Program-made: the position numbers and the translations under genes
Notes under the pieces: generated by a model
Database searches by the model: none
What the model was told of the DNA's origin: nothing
Seen by the model: only the letters and a program-made list of their open reading frames with translations
Part shown: positions 11,551 through 26,600 of the stretch, piece after piece
Numbering within the stretch: position 1 is the stretch's first letter
Layout of the letters: each line of letters starts with the position of its first letter
NCBI RefSeq assembly: GCF_037042905.1
Contig: NC_087246.1
Coordinates: 3,038,001-3,102,000 of the forward strand
Source: Lytechinus pictus
Lineage: Eukaryota
DNA: 64,000 nucleotides
Direction of reading: 5' to 3'

Positions 11551-14500
11551 TGTTCGGGTATGAACTATGATTAGTAGTGATAATTACCATTGGTGTTGTA
11601 AAGATTTATTTTATGACCCTATAACTGTTTTTATTTTACAGCCTGACAATCTCCCTCTTTAAACGTCTTGCATAATCGAGCTCCATGCTCGATTATGAGC
11701 CATGCAATATGCTTGGCAATAAGAGATTTCTGAACAAAACTCTGCTCAACTTTTTTTGAAACCTGCTGCGACAGGATGAGAATGATTTCTTCAGTAAAAT
11801 TATAAGAACTGAATGCCTTGCTTCCTGTTTGTCGTTATTTTGTTGTATGGAGCTACAAGTATACATGGTCGCGGAAAAGCAGATGTACTAACCAGAGAAT
11901 AAGGAGTGAGAATACTAGTACTGACTTTACTGAGATACAGGAAAAACTGAATTTACCGAGATACCAAAGTATACAGTAACATCTCAAGTTCTTATGACGA
12001 AACAAATGAAAAGAACTTGTTTAGTGATTGCTTGTCACACCAGAGCCCCACTGCATAAAAGTTACTATTATAGTAACCGTGCCATCCAATTGTCTTTCAT
12101 GAAATCCTTTATTTTTATTGGCTGTTGGATCATGTTACCATGGTAGTTACCATTTGATGGCAAAGTCCTTTTATGCAACGGGGCCCTTGTGTATGTAGGG
12201 TGGGGATAGGGTATACCATGTACTTTTTCTTTGCCGTTTATGCAGAAAAAAAGTAATTTGAAAGTGCCTAGAAAACGCGTGAATGTATGTCGATTTATAT
12301 ATGTAAATGTTCAATTTCAATTCCCTTTTCGGGGAGAACGGAATGTCCAAGGTCACCTGGGTATTCTGTTCACCTCCTGCATGGTATCGCATGGTACCAA
12401 AGGAATGGAATCAAGTTACAGTTGATGATCCAGCCCTCCTTTCTCATCATCTTTATACAGGCATGACAGGGATGGTGCAACGGAGGGAGGAGGGATCGAG
12501 GAATTAACGATGCCCCTATAAAGTATTGAAAAGGAAGAAATAAATATTTAAAAAAAAAGATGAAAGAATGTAAGAGAGGTTTGCCTTCGGGTAACTCCAT
12601 AGTGCATCTAGAAAGAAAAAGCATGATGTCACTTTTGATTTGCCTTGCCCGGTCCTTTTTATATCAGAATACCCTATAGCCTAAATCTCTCCTTACACAC
12701 TTTCCTAGTAAATAGGCGGTGGTTTTTAACATTAATCAAATCAGAAGTTAAAATATTGATGACTAATAATTGACTGTTGAAATTTAAATTGAAAATAAGT
12801 ATCATTTTCTCTCAGAAATGTTATTCAGGCTGACCTTTTGGCCAAAAGAGGTTTAACCACACGTCAGGTCGCCGTGGTATCAAGTTGTTTTGAACGAGTA
12901 GAGTAATTGACATGCATTGTGCGTGACGATATCAAAATATTACAAGGGCACAGTATTTCAGAAAGAGCGAACTTTTGATGTCACATATTTCTGGGTCCTG
13001 GGAACGATTTTTTTTACTGGGGGTGCTGATGTAAATTTGAAAAGCAAAGCAAAAAAAAAAGTTTTCATTATACAAAATCGATGTATCATCTAGCAATTTG
13101 GCCCAAAGCCGAAATTTGAAAAAGTTTCACTACAAAAAGAACTTCGCCATTTTTTTTTTTTTTTTTACACATCTTCCAGAATACCTGGGGATGCTGCCTA
13201 TGGATATTAATACACGCAGCACACCCAAGGATTTTTTTTTGGGGGGGGGGGATGCTTTAGCACCCCATGCAGCATCCCCGCTTCCCAGGACAATCTGGTG
13301 TTATGGCGTTGTGTTGTGTTGGTGTATTCTGATCATCGACACTTTATCGTGGGCAGCCTTATACTGCGTACTAAGCAGATAGTCCCCCGCCCCTCTCCCT
13401 CTCGCCCTAAAAATATTCTTAATATTATGCGACGGATCGTAGCAAACGATTAATTCAAAATGCTTGAGAATGTTTAGCATAACCCATCAGGCCTTGACGG
13501 GTGCTGTTATAGATGTAGATGAGTGCATGCATGTGATTTCATGATAAGGGGGACAAAAGTGGTCAGAAAGGGGATTTGTGTTTTTACACGCCTCTCCATA
13601 AAGGCATTTCATTTACACGCGAGTCAGGTGAACGAGCGAAAAGTTCCTAGATTCAAAAGGCGATATTTTCAAATTTTAGAGACCTTTGAACGCAATAGAA
13701 GGTTAATAGAACGTGCGAAGAATTTTGGTTTTAGTGTTAATGGCATCCTTGAAATTATATTATGAGGGAATTCGTAGACCGGGAGAAAATTGTCAAAGTG
13801 AAACCTAACATTTGGAACACTTTATTATGAACTTACAAATAAATGAGCATCTACATAACATTAATAAATTCCTCCATAAAAAGGGGAAAAAGGGAAAGAA
13901 AGAAAAAAGGAGGGAAAAGAGAGGAGAAAAAGAAGAGGAGGAAGGCGAGTGAATAAAATAAGGTGAGGGGAAAACTTGAAAAATGAAAAGAATCTTTCAT
14001 GTCACCGTATAATTTTTTTCATATCTTGTTTAATATGGAGTTTAAATATCAAGTTTGGAAGTCAATATACAAAACATATTTAAACTTGTAAATCAAACTT
14101 TCATTATTTTGTGTGATTTACAAATTGATTTTTAAAAAGTGCTCTGTAAAAATGTCAGTTTTATGGTCTGAATATTAAAATTTTGTGCTCGCGCTGCGCA
14201 CTCGAAAATCAGTTACGTATTATTTTTGTGTATTCCATAAAGTTTTCAAAATATCCCTTTTCAGGTCTGATTGTAAAAACATATATCAGCTAGCGCTGCA
14301 CGCTCGCATTTTGATTGGCGCGTTATGTTTGTCTCAGTATTGATTATACAACAAAAACTTAAAATCCCCTTTTCATGACAGTGTATACAAAGTTTAGGCT
14401 CGTAATTTGCGCTCGCATTAATGGTGAAAATATATTAACTGATGCATCCTATTTATAATTAAAAAAGTGCTTGAAATGTCCATACGCAATTGAACTGAAT

Positions 14501-15944
14501 GAGTAAAGTAAAACAACCTCCCATCCCACTACCCCCCCCCCCCTCCATCTCCCATCTAAGCCCAGGAAGCGCGGCCTGCTTCCCTCCCCTCAACCTAGCT
14601 ACCCTCCATTTCGATTTGCATTCTGTGCCGCAACCATGATCTAACTTGTGCACCTAAATCTTCACTCCAAATGCAAAGAGACACTCCGGCCCCCAATCAC
14701 ACCCCTCCCAGAAAGAGATAAGAGACCAGTCACTCCAGAAGCGGGATCTACATCCCAGATCGCGCGCCATAGCTCCCTCTGGAGCGAACAGCGTATATTT
14801 ATTTTATACATTATTTTTTTTTTAATTTTCACTCCAGAAGGAACCACAATGCACCCAAAAGATACAAAGCCCACCCCAAAAAGACTGCCCCGACCCGCTC
14901 CAGGAGGAGTGCAACAGTAGGGACCAGACCATCTCCCTCGCATTTAGAGTTTTTAACAACTGTATGCTTGAACTTTCTTAGCCCCAGCATCTCTAGAAAA
15001 TAAACTTGTCCCATTTTCTGAAATGGTTTATTAATAGACCTCTCTGTTCAGCTAGTTTTCTTTCTTCTAGTCTATCTTCTTGTATTTTTCCTTAATATGG
15101 TTAAGGGTCGGTGGATCTTTTGTGTTTCTACTATTCTTTAAAATCATATATACTTTATTAGGATTATTATGTGATTTAATAATTGAGCCTCTCCTTTAGT
15201 TGAACATTCCACGCCTACGTGTACACCTTTTTTTTAAATTGCCCCCCCCCCCTATCCGATACAATCTCATGGATCGATATGCACCAGTGACTCCAAACTA
15301 CATGTTTTTAATAAATTTAGCCTCGGTCAGTAAAGAATATAAGTAGGTCTAGTTCAAAATCTCTTTTTTTAGACCAAGGGGACACTGTGGACGAATCCTT
15401 TAAAATGTCATAGGAGCTCACAACTAGCGTACCTACGGGGGTGGGGGGGGGGGGCAGGGGGGCCTGACGAGCCACAACCCATGCAAAGGACGTATCCTTG
15501 CCCCCCCCTGACGAGTTTGAAGACCTTTATTGTCCCCCCCCCCCCTGACGGACTTGAAGACTTTTTTTTTTTTTTTTTTTTTTTTTGCTTGTCAATTTTT
15601 TTTCTGGTGCGAAATCCTTTATTTGTGATTGAAGACCTTTTTTGGAGCTCACAATATTTATAACACACCTGTACGAATTTCGCGACGTTGCAAGATATTA
15701 CATGTCGAGAGGGCGTCTATATCCCATTATGTATACCCCAATCGCCCATCTCTAGTTATGCTTTTTTATGTTTAGTGTCATTAAATGATGACTGTTTCAT
15801 TTATTGTATATTTATCAACAGGGCCCTTGGAACGATTTTTTTACTGGGGGCGCTGATGAAAATTTATAAAGCAAAAAAAAAAAAATCTGAAGGTTTTCAC
15901 AATAAATGGAGGTCAAATTGTGACGTCACAAATCAGATACTTAA

Positions 15945-16541
15945 GGGATGGTCCAGGCTAGAAATATTAATCTCAATGAATAGAGTAAAATTCACAGAGC
16001 AAAATGCTGAAAAAATTGATCAAAATCGGATCAACAAATAACAAAATTATTAAATTTTAAAGATTTGCATTATTCCGGTGAAACAGTTCTAGGCATGTCT
16101 TTATGAATATTCATTAGGTGGGCTGATGATGTCATATCCCCACTTGTTCTTTTGTATTTAATTATATGAAATTAGGTTTATTCAAAAATTTTCTACCAAA
16201 CAATCATGGGATTGACAACAGATTAAGTGAATTAGTTATTTATTGCCGCAACTTCTCATCATAAGGAGACACAGCATTTACACATGTATGAAGAAAATGA
16301 AACATTTATGATTTCATGTAATAACATCAAACAAAAAGGAAAGTGGGGATGTGACATCATCAGCCAACCTAATAAATATTCATGACGATGTGCATATAAC
16401 TGTTTTCACAAAATATTGATAAACTTTAAAATTCAATAAATTCGTTATTTGTTACCCGATTTTGATGAAATTTTCAGCATTTTGTTTTGTGGATTTACTC
16501 TATTTATTTAGATATAAATATTTTCAGCCCATGCCATCCCT
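15945..16541. mobile_element. Long-TIR MITE flanked by TTAA (Kolobok-like)
   Basis: TTAA|GGGATGG...CCATCCCT|TTAA with imperfect inverted arms of well over 100 bp. Related pieces near 43255-43337, 47155-47350, 53522-53800, 54864-55160 and 56150-56335. Purine 5' termini with TTAA favour Kolobok over piggyBac (inference). Confidence 0.7.
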
Positions 16542-17154
16542 TTAAACTTTTAATAATATTCTTTGGATATTTCCGGCCTTCGGCCATATTTTTTATTATT
16601 TTTTCAGCTATTTTTACATTTGACCTATTTCAGGGTGAACTTCCCCTTTAATTGTGGGCACTCGAACATAGGCTGATCCATCCCCCCCCCCCCCCTTATT
16701 GGCGGAGGGAAAAAAAAAAAAAAAAGGGGGAGCGGAAAGAAATAAAAAGAAAAAGGGAAGGGGAAAATAGAAGAGGAAAAGGGTGAGTTCAAGACTTAGA
16801 AAATAAAAATAAAATCGTTCATGCCACTATATAAAATTTTCGCTCGTGCTTCACGCTCGCATTGCCTGTTCGATGAAAAACATATCTTGCTCAATAAAGC
16901 TGATATAATATCGACTTTTTAAGTCAATAAACAAAACATATCGATCTATATAATTTCAACTAGGACATCGGAGCTTTCAGTATTTTGTTTGATTTACACA
17001 TTGATTTTTAAAAAGTGCTCTGTAATGTCCGTCTTATGGTCTGAATACCAACATTTTCAGCTCGCGCTACGCGCTCGCATTATATGATACTAGTAAATGT
17101 CAGTACTTATTCTCTGCTTGTCAAAGTCCGCAATAGAGTCTTAATCGTCCGGTG

Positions 17155-17170
17155 TTGCTGCCCTCTACGT
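17155..17170 (-). promoter_or_regulatory. CTCF-like core motif in the RNF10 upstream region
   Basis: Minus strand reads GTAGAGGGCAGCAA, matching the 3' part of the CTCF consensus but lacking the 5' CCA; relatively CpG-rich region about 370 nt upstream of the ATG. Confidence 0.3.
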
Positions 17171-17540
17171 TTGTTTGGTTAGGATTCGGGGGCCATTTTT
17201 GGAATCAGCTGGCGATTGTGAGTCGCCTACTTGTCCGATAAAGTCGGAAACGACTTTAAAGTTTGGTCGCTTTTGGCCATTTGGACCGCCCACGAGCCAA
17301 AGATTCTAATACTTGTGCTTTAAAGCACAAGTTTGAGATCAATTTATTTTATATCTTCGCCCTTTTCACCTTATTTTTCAACCTTGCATTGGTCCACGGT
17401 TGACATTTCTTTTCGTTTCACCAATATGGCGCAACAGTGAAGTGCGATCATGTCTTCAGAATTGTACAACCTCAACCAAGCTTCTCTTGAAGAAGGGGCG
17501 TTTTATCGCTCAAATATTTTCAAATTTTATCACTCAGTTG

Positions 17541-17622
17541 ATGGCCAGGGAAAACAGAGATATGGAAAAGAGGGTTACGTCATCTCCAGCTCGTCTGACT
17601 TCGTGTGATACGAAGGGGAAGG
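17541..17622 (+). CDS. RNF10: RNF10 exon 1
   Basis: [27 protein letters not shown]; donor G|GTAAGT. Confidence 0.75.
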
Positions 17623-20600
17623 GTAAGTACCGTAAGGCCAAGGGCACTAGTATTCAACCCGTTTGGAGAGTTTCCTCAAATATATAGAAATGTAGAATTT
17701 ACCTGAATTTCAGACCCGTCTTATTTCCAAGAGCAAATGCTGGTTATTCTTTTTCCGTTATTTTTTTCTTCAACCAGTTGACTGTGTGCGCGGGCGATCG
17801 AATTATACGGCGACGGATTTTTTTTGGTACTAGTATTCAACCCGTCGGTACTAGTATTCAACCTAGCGATGAAAGATGGCCCTGTCTCTCAATCTGCCCT
17901 TGTCCCATCCGACTATGGACTAGACCATTTGAGATGAGACCAAAGTAGTATTCAACCCGGCATAATTCAAAGAATTTGACATATTCACCAAAATATTTAG
18001 AAATAGGGAATTTATCTTAATTTAATACCTTTGTTATTTCCAGGGTAATCTGTTGTCGATATTTTCTTTGTCAATCTGTCGACTGTATCATATGCGCGGA
18101 GGATCGAATTATGCGGCGATGGCCTTTTGCACTGAATGGTACTAGTATTCAACCTAGTGAGGATTGATAGCAAATCTCAAAAGGGTTTAGATTGCTAAAT
18201 TAGATCTAGATCTATGTAAGTCTCTGGCTTTGATTAATTCCCTGTTTGGTGACTAGTACCCATACGGTAAGAAAATATACGAATTACGATAATTTTCTTA
18301 CTTTCTTAGACAAAGCTTCAGTCTTACTCTTCATGCTCTAGGCCTACTTAGAGTTAGACTGTCTTTATTTTGGTTGTTCCGCTGTAGCTCCTCAACTCAA
18401 GTCAATTGGTTCCAGAATCCAAAGTCACAAAATGGCAAAAGAAAGACCAATTAAAATGAGATGGGATTAAACAAAATTACTAGGCCTAGTTTATTATTAA
18501 ATTCACGGTCAAGATGGTATCACCCACTCATCATTTCTATGAACAAGTCAAGGTTATCATACTCATAGACAGCTGGCAGCCGTCTGTTTCGAGGAGTTTT
18601 TAAACATTTTTTAAATTTCTGATTTTTCTCCTCGTACACATTTGGTGAGTGAAGCCAATGCCATGGAGTTCAGCTGAACAAACAAAATAACAGAGACCGA
18701 AGCTTTTGGTCTAGGTTATCATGGTTATGAATATGATTAGACAGGAATAACCATCGTTTTTGGTGTCCTGGGGAATTATTGAACAATTTCTGACATTTTA
18801 CTCTCATCCTCACTGACGGTACGGTAGTGCGTTAGTACGACTACGAGCCTGCATGTGTAAGGTCCACCAATTCAGGCGATCAGGTTTTGTCTAGATTTTT
18901 TTTTTTTTTTTAATTCTAAATGACATATTATCTTGAAAGAAGGCCCACTATTTTCGTTAGACTAATCTTTTTTTTAATTTTTTGGTCAATATCATCTTTA
19001 TTCAAAACAAAGCAAAGGGAAGTTACAAACAATGAAAATAAGTCCAGGTTACTCGTTTTTTTAGGACGAAGTACAGGACTAATAAAAGAATTACAGATAC
19101 ACAATATATAACATATCACAATCAAATTTACAAAAAACGATTATACATTGGTGATTGCAGAAAAGAAAATTAAAATAGATCAAGCACACACCCTTACAAC
19201 TGAAATGAGGAGAGGATAGAGGGGAGATAGAAAGAATGTTAAGGAGGACACAACCCTTTCCTTAAAGGTCACCTGTTCCCCAGGTTTCGCCGAAAGGGTG
19301 CCTTTGGTCCAAAGCCCCCCACTTTCTAAAAAATTCATTTATAAAGTCAACTATAGCCAATTCGTCTTTAGAATACCGATATTTGGTAAAATAAAATCAA
19401 ATATGCATAAATTTGTCCATTGTCCAGTTGGTTTAACCTGGCATGGATCTAGGGGACCAGAGGGATAATGCCCCTCCCCCCCCCAAAAAAAAAAAAGAGA
19501 GACAAATAGAAAAGAAGAAAAAGGAGGAAAGGGGGTAGAGAGGGAAACAGAAGAAAAATAAAGACAAGGTGGTTCACGAACCACAAGTCTCACCGGGACG
19601 AGTTGACAGTAGAATTGGCAATTTGCCATCACCCATGGACATACATGTGGTACATGTATTACCCAAAGATCATTGTACCAGGTATGAACTTAATTAAATC
19701 AGAAATGAAGAAATGAGAGCAAGCTAAACAAAAACTTTAACATTTTAATTTACACAGAGAATGGACGTAGCAATGTTTCCAAGCCTCAGAGATATAATAA
19801 AAACAGGCGTGAACCACCACAGGGTCGGACTCCAGGAGATCCTAACAACAGTCAGTCACGTCGAACAGCGCCACAAAAGAGTAGGGCCTTGGACAAACGG
19901 CCACGCAGCCGATGTCTTCCTGCCAGCAGACGCGATGAGGTAACTGACAGTTTGATGTATTTCAAGTAATTTTACCACATGAGATGCCATTAACAATTGT
20001 GTTATACAGGGCCTGCTGGTAGAGCAGTTTCCTAACTAAAGTGGTTACCCTGGGTAAATAAAACATTGTTTTATTTTATTTTATTTTACTGGAAATGTGG
20101 GTTTGTGTTCTATTAGAGATTGGCATGCATGGGACCAAGACCATGGCATTCCTGCTAAAAAGTCTGAACCCAAGTTTAGAGCCAATCTCTACTAGATGGT
20201 GGATACTTAGGTCAAAGTCTAAGCAAAGACATTGTTACAAAGTGTATAACATGTTCATGATTTTTCAGCCTTTCTTGACTTTTAAGGTACTGCAAAATGA
20301 ATTAATTCTTTGTACTTTGTTTTAAAACTTTGAAGGTGACAGTAACTCAGAGGGCTGAATTTGGTTCAGCCTTTCCTCAGGGTCCGAAGAAACTAAATCT
20401 GAATCACCTCATCAATTTTACTTTTTCTTCGAGAGAGACTGAAGATACCAGAGGGGGCTCAGGATTTCGTGGCAGGTCAAGATGGGGTTATAAACGCTTT
20501 AGCAAAGAGCAGTTCCTGCAAGCAAAGTAAGTAACGTTCAGGATTATGTGTTGGCCAAGCTAAAAGAAGGTTCCCTGATCCCCTGTTATGTGTTCGGTAG

Positions 20601-23600
20601 AAAGAGGCTTTTGGTTATATACCTAAATTATTAAAGTAAGAATGCAGATGTGTGTATAGAAAGGGGAAATTTTAAATCAGTCCCATTTCTAGACATATTC
20701 TGGGACAGTTGAAAATAGTGTTAACTCACATGATTGAGAAATTGTGCCCTCACTTTACATAATTTATGTAATGTTATTTTTCATGATTAACTAAAACTGA
20801 AAATAATCTAGTAACAACAGTAATGCTTTCATATATTGTTGATATTATATCAGTTGCCAGTTTGTAGTGAAAGCACAAGGAGATTACAAGCAGCAGTGTG
20901 TAGACCCTGATGGTTTAGTGGAATGGGATTTGATTGAACAGATACGCATGCTAGGACATGAGATGCCATCCTGTCCCATCTGCCTATACCCACCTACTGC
21001 AGGTATGTACATTGATATTTCACCTACAACCAAACTCTTCAAAACCTTTTCGGCATCAATTTTCATCAGGGTCATCTCAAATCTGCTAAAATAATCACAA
21101 GGGTTCTTTTTAAAATATTACAAATATACACTCATGTAGGGCTTCATAACCCCAACCTAAATATTATAAAAATACACTGTCATGTAGGGCTTCATGAGAT
21201 CTACTCCCATTTATTATTTGCCATATTCATCTTATTACCCAATGTGTAATGAAAAAAGTGATATAAGAAAATGAAAGCCAAGTTTAAATTCAATAATAAC
21301 GAGAAAGTGGCCCCTAAAAACAATTCTTATACAACTCTACTTTTACAATTAAAAAAGATTGAGGGGTGGGGCAAATAAGCCCCTAAAAATTTTTGTTGAT
21401 AAATCCAACGGTGAAAGGTTGAAGCTGTGTTGTTTTTAATGTTTCATGACATTTTTCTTTCAAGGTCTCATGCAACTTTTGAGACCAAATTTGTAATGTC
21501 TGGATAAGTGGTTCCAAAATTGTGCAACATCTAAGTGCATGAACCGAAATGACATGAAAACATGATTTCATGTACAAATACAAGTTGTGTCGTGCTAAAG
21601 TTCTTATCTTTACTTTACTGATTGAAACAATTATTTTTGTGTTTTGGTCGCAAAAGTGCTGCTGAGGATTTATTAAAAAACAAGAAGTAAAAAAAGAGGA
21701 AATACATAAGAAAACGTTTTATACCCATTATTGTATTTGATCAGAATCCCACAAAGAGTCTCTAAACACAGAGCACTTTAAAGGCTTTCTTAAATAGATT
21801 TACAGCCAAATACTAATTCAAACGATAAATTAACCTAATTAAAAATCAATTTGAATAATTTTGGAACAATCAAATATACAATTTTGTAGATCATGTCATG
21901 GACAACATGATTTACCTTTGCATGATGAACAGTCAAGATAAAATCTCTCGGGGGGGGGGGGTGCTTTAGGCCACTTTGGCGGTTTCCAGCCTCCCAAATA
22001 CTAGGATGAAATTATCAAATGGATAAAACATGAATCACAATTATGGAATCATCCCATGGTACTGATGTCCTTTGCCTTTTGTCACTCTATTGCCCCACTC
22101 ATCCTGGATGGGATTGATGGATACCTGGCAGAAGTCATTTCCTTGAATTTCAAGAGTTAGGTATTACAGTTATTGCTGAAGTTCGAATGGTAATTGTGGA
22201 GAACTGAGAGTTATGTATTAGACAGATATAAGCACTATAAAAAAGTGTGTAAAGTAAATTTATGCTGGAATCTGAGGGGATTTATTCACATTAATAGTAT
22301 CAAAGCACAATGACTTGAATGTAGATTTGTAACACATTCTGTTCTTTATTTCCTTTTCTTATAGCCAAGATTACAAAATGTGGGCACATCTTTTGCTGGC
22401 CATGTATCTTGCACTATATCTCGCTTGGTGAGAAAAAATGGCGCAAGTGCCCCATTTGCTATGAATCTGTGATGGCCACTGACTTGAAAAGGTGAGTTAG
22501 ATAGGAGGTATACATCTTTAGCCCTGTGACAATCAATTGTAACTGATCCAGAGCTGCCAAGTAGTACTGATTTTCTGTATTTAGTACAGAAAAACTGATT
22601 GTTTCATGCAAAATATTGATTTCTTAAGTTTCGGGTTTATGTGTTTCCCTATGGGATTTCTTTAGAAACACGTATTTCTTCACCAAAATACAGATTTTTA
22701 GCTTTTGAAATACTGAAATGTTCTAGATCAGGTTGGCAGGTCTGCCGATCAAATAAATGCATTTACAATCAGATGATTGTATTTTTTATGTTAAAAGGGC
22801 CTTTAATGTCATAATTTATGTAACTGTATTTTACTAGTACATGTACATATATGTTTTTTATGTAAAGTCACATGGATGGGAAAGGGAGACGTTCGGGTCA
22901 TATTTAGTTTATCTTTTCCTTTCTTGGCATCCATGTGACTCTCCTTATCTTATTGTTTGTATGTTTTATTATGCCGAATGAACTTACCAATTAGCAGGGC
23001 CAGTATTCAATTCATATTATTCATTGACTAAGTGAATTACTTAACATTTTACTTGGGTAAGCCAAGTGCTTATTCTCATATTCAGATCACTACTCTGTAT
23101 CTTTACTTAGTCAAGCCAACATTAAGCAAAGTACTTGCTAATAACGATTTTAACATTTTAAGCCAAATTATGTGCGATGATGTATGTATCCACCTGTACA
23201 GAATGTACGACTGCCCGTATCACATTTGTAAACTGCATGCAAGCCAGACTTAAGTCTGGTAGATGACTGATTTAGATTTAAACAAAATACCAAAAAATGC
23301 AATGTGATACTAAAAAGTATTTTACCTAAGCAAAATACTTAAAATTCTGGCTTAAGTATAGAATTGAATGCCGGCCCAGGAGTTTATCAGGATCCTGTCT
23401 AAAGCTAATGCTTTGTAGATGAGGTCATTATTTTGTGCGCATGATTTCAAGCAGCTTGATTTTAAAGAAATTTTGTATGCAATTCTCTGTCGTTGGATGG
23501 CTTGTTCTTGAAGCAAAACTTGCAAGCAATATCTATTTATTATGCACTTACCCCATTGGCTCAGTCACCATGATCACATTATTGAGTAGCAAGTTTTGTA

Positions 23601-26600
23601 CCTGAGCCTAAGAGATATTCATTGGATTTCAGTGTCTTATGCATACTGCACAGGCGAACCATGCAGACTGAGAGTGCATTTTAATGCATTGTTATAACAC
23701 CCAATATAGATAATAATGATAAAAAATGTGCACTTCACTGTATCTTAGTTTACTTATTGACTTGAAGAAGGCAAGAATTAAAATCAAAATTTTATTTCCA
23801 TAACCAGCGTGGTTGCCAAATCTCTAAAGACGTTCAATGTAGGAGAGACCATCACCATGCGGCTAATGAAGCGGGAGAAGGGATCCATCACCATTCATCC
23901 ACACTCTCTGGACAGTGCTCCTGCAGAAACATCTCCATGTTTGATGGATTCTCCCAATGAAACCTGCTTTGCAAAGCTGATGATTGCCAGCCCAAGTGAA
24001 GTACTAGATCAGGTGAAAATTAAACTTTGTCTCACCTGCATAGCAGAAGCAAGACAAAGACGCTGATTTTCCAACCATCAACATTTAAATCTTAGATATA
24101 AATGATAGTAGTTGTAGTAAACATTGATTTCATGTGAAAATCTGTGAAACTTTGGTAAATTTTCACTACCCATATTTGAAAGAAAATTGTGCCATATCAT
24201 AAACTTTAACCACACAATCCTGTAGATTAATGTACATGGTACACTACCATTGTGGAAATCTTCACGGCACTCACATGATCAGCAGCCGAGATTCAAACCA
24301 CCACCTCTAATACCTCAATGAAGCCTGGACTGCTTTAGAGTTAAGAACTTTGCCATCTTGAAAAGTGATCAGTGCATATCTGAAGACTTGTATGTTTACA
24401 AACGACTAAACAAAACCATACTGCAGTAACAGTGGCAATCTGGATTGAGTTGAAAAATATTAATTGAATCTATTTTGTTATGTTCTCTCATTTTATTTCA
24501 GATATTGGAAAGAGAAAGGAGAGAATTGGAAAAGCAGCTGAATGAATCAGTTGATGTAAGTACTAGTTAAGGATCGTTTAAATCTAAAGATTAAATAAGA
24601 GAACTCCCAGACATAAACAAAAATGAATGATGTTATCATATCTTACACAGCCAGCAATATCATTTGAATCTCTAAATGATTTTTCTCATCAAACAAAAAG
24701 TGCATTTTCTATATTCATGAAAATTAATTCATGAGCCTAAAAAAAATTACGTTTTATTCCCTATGAAGGCTTTAATAAAATTTGTGATGTTTTTGCTGTC
24801 AGGCCAAACCTGCCTGAAGAGTGTTTGAAACCCTTCAAAAATGTTTCCTTATGAATAAAAAAATATTTTCTGTTTATTTTCTAGGACTTCGAAAAATCAT
24901 TTATTCAGAGAGCTATGGAATCTTTGAAGGTAAGCAACATTGCAGTTTAATTAATGTCTGTTTTTTGATTTTTTTTGGTTATGGGTGATATGTATTCTAC
25001 ATTGTCAAATTTTTTTTTATGTTGTACAGTTTAATATTACCTTTATTTTTCTGTCATCCATTTGTCATTGTTCTTGTTTTACTTTTTCTAAATATATTTA
25101 ACATTCTATTATAACCCATAGTTATCTTGGGCAGGGGCCAAATTGACCCCCTCCTCTCAATGAATTTTGTAACTATGCTGCCGTGCATATGTTTTTTAGT
25201 GCGACTCTTACCGGCTTTTTACTCAAGTCTTGCGCATCATTTAGACAAAATTTGTGGTGCCAAGGTAGGGTGAGGGTTGAGTTAGGTTGAGTGTTGAATG
25301 TAAACAACAATGCTACATTATTTGATGGGCCCAAGAAACCAACTTCATTGACTGGAATACTTTATCACTTGACTTCACGATTAGATATCTAAAACAAGAT
25401 ACACTTAAATATATTCATTTTCTGGTGGGGTTAACTAACTTATGAGCACCATTGTATATATGTACATGGTCATCAGCACTTGGGTTTAAAGATATTGAAA
25501 TCCTCTTCACCATTTTCTCTTTGTTTAGGAAAGAAAGAATATTCTTTGTCTGGAAAGAGGAGCATCTGAAACATCAGCACCAAACACTGGTTAGTTTTCC
25601 AAGGGCTTATTGCTGAAAGAGTTGGGGTTGAAATACAACTTGGGAAATCAAGTGCAAGTGTAAAATCTGTGATTCTGATTAGTTTAGGATCAAGTTATTT
25701 TTTATTTCTGGATTGTAATTGATTTCAACTCTCTGTCACATGCTCTGATCCTGTAAAATGGGCCTGTTGCTGGGAGAGTTGTGATGGGAAGCATGTCAAT
25801 TTAATTTTAAACCAATGATACTCAATTTTTTTATTTGAATTTAAATGCAACCGTTTCTGTAATGGCCCCAGCTGTATCAAATGGTTCTTGTTCTTTTTTT
25901 GTCTTTTGATTTTGGTTGCAGCTAATTGTAATTGTAATGCTTGGAAATTTACCATGTTCTTGAAGAATGATTATTTTGACGGATTTAGCACTCCTGGGGC
26001 CCGTTGCAAAAAGAGTTGCGTTTAAACGCAAGCCAAAAAATCAATCGCAAGTCCAAAATGTGCGCTGTTGATTTTTTAGAGTTGCGATTGATTGCAACTC
26101 TTTCTGCAACGGGCCCCTGGTGCTTCTAAAAGTAGCATAGACTATTATGGCACAACACTTTCAGTCATTCGATATCTAATGATTTTGGGGCTAGGCACAG
26201 ACCAGCCATTTACTAAAAAGGATATTAGACTTTGATATTGTTGTTGAAGTATGTGACATAGTTCATAATGGATATCTTTTATGATTTAATTCAATCAAAG
26301 GTTAATTGTGTATGCTTCTGCCTTATTAGTGGTTGGATTATATAAGCCATTCTTTATAGATAGGAAATAATTTCCTATTCATATGAGAGTAGACTACATA
26401 ATAATAATTATATTTCTGACAGTATATTGATATTTGTATGAACCAGATTTTTTAATTCTATCATTGATGTCATGTTTAGATGAGAGCAAATCCTTAGACC
26501 AAAACAAAGATGATAATGATGTGATGGTGTCAACAAACATTCTACCAAAAGAGGTTAGTATGAACACAGTCCTAGTCAAATGAGTTCATCTTTGATCTAT

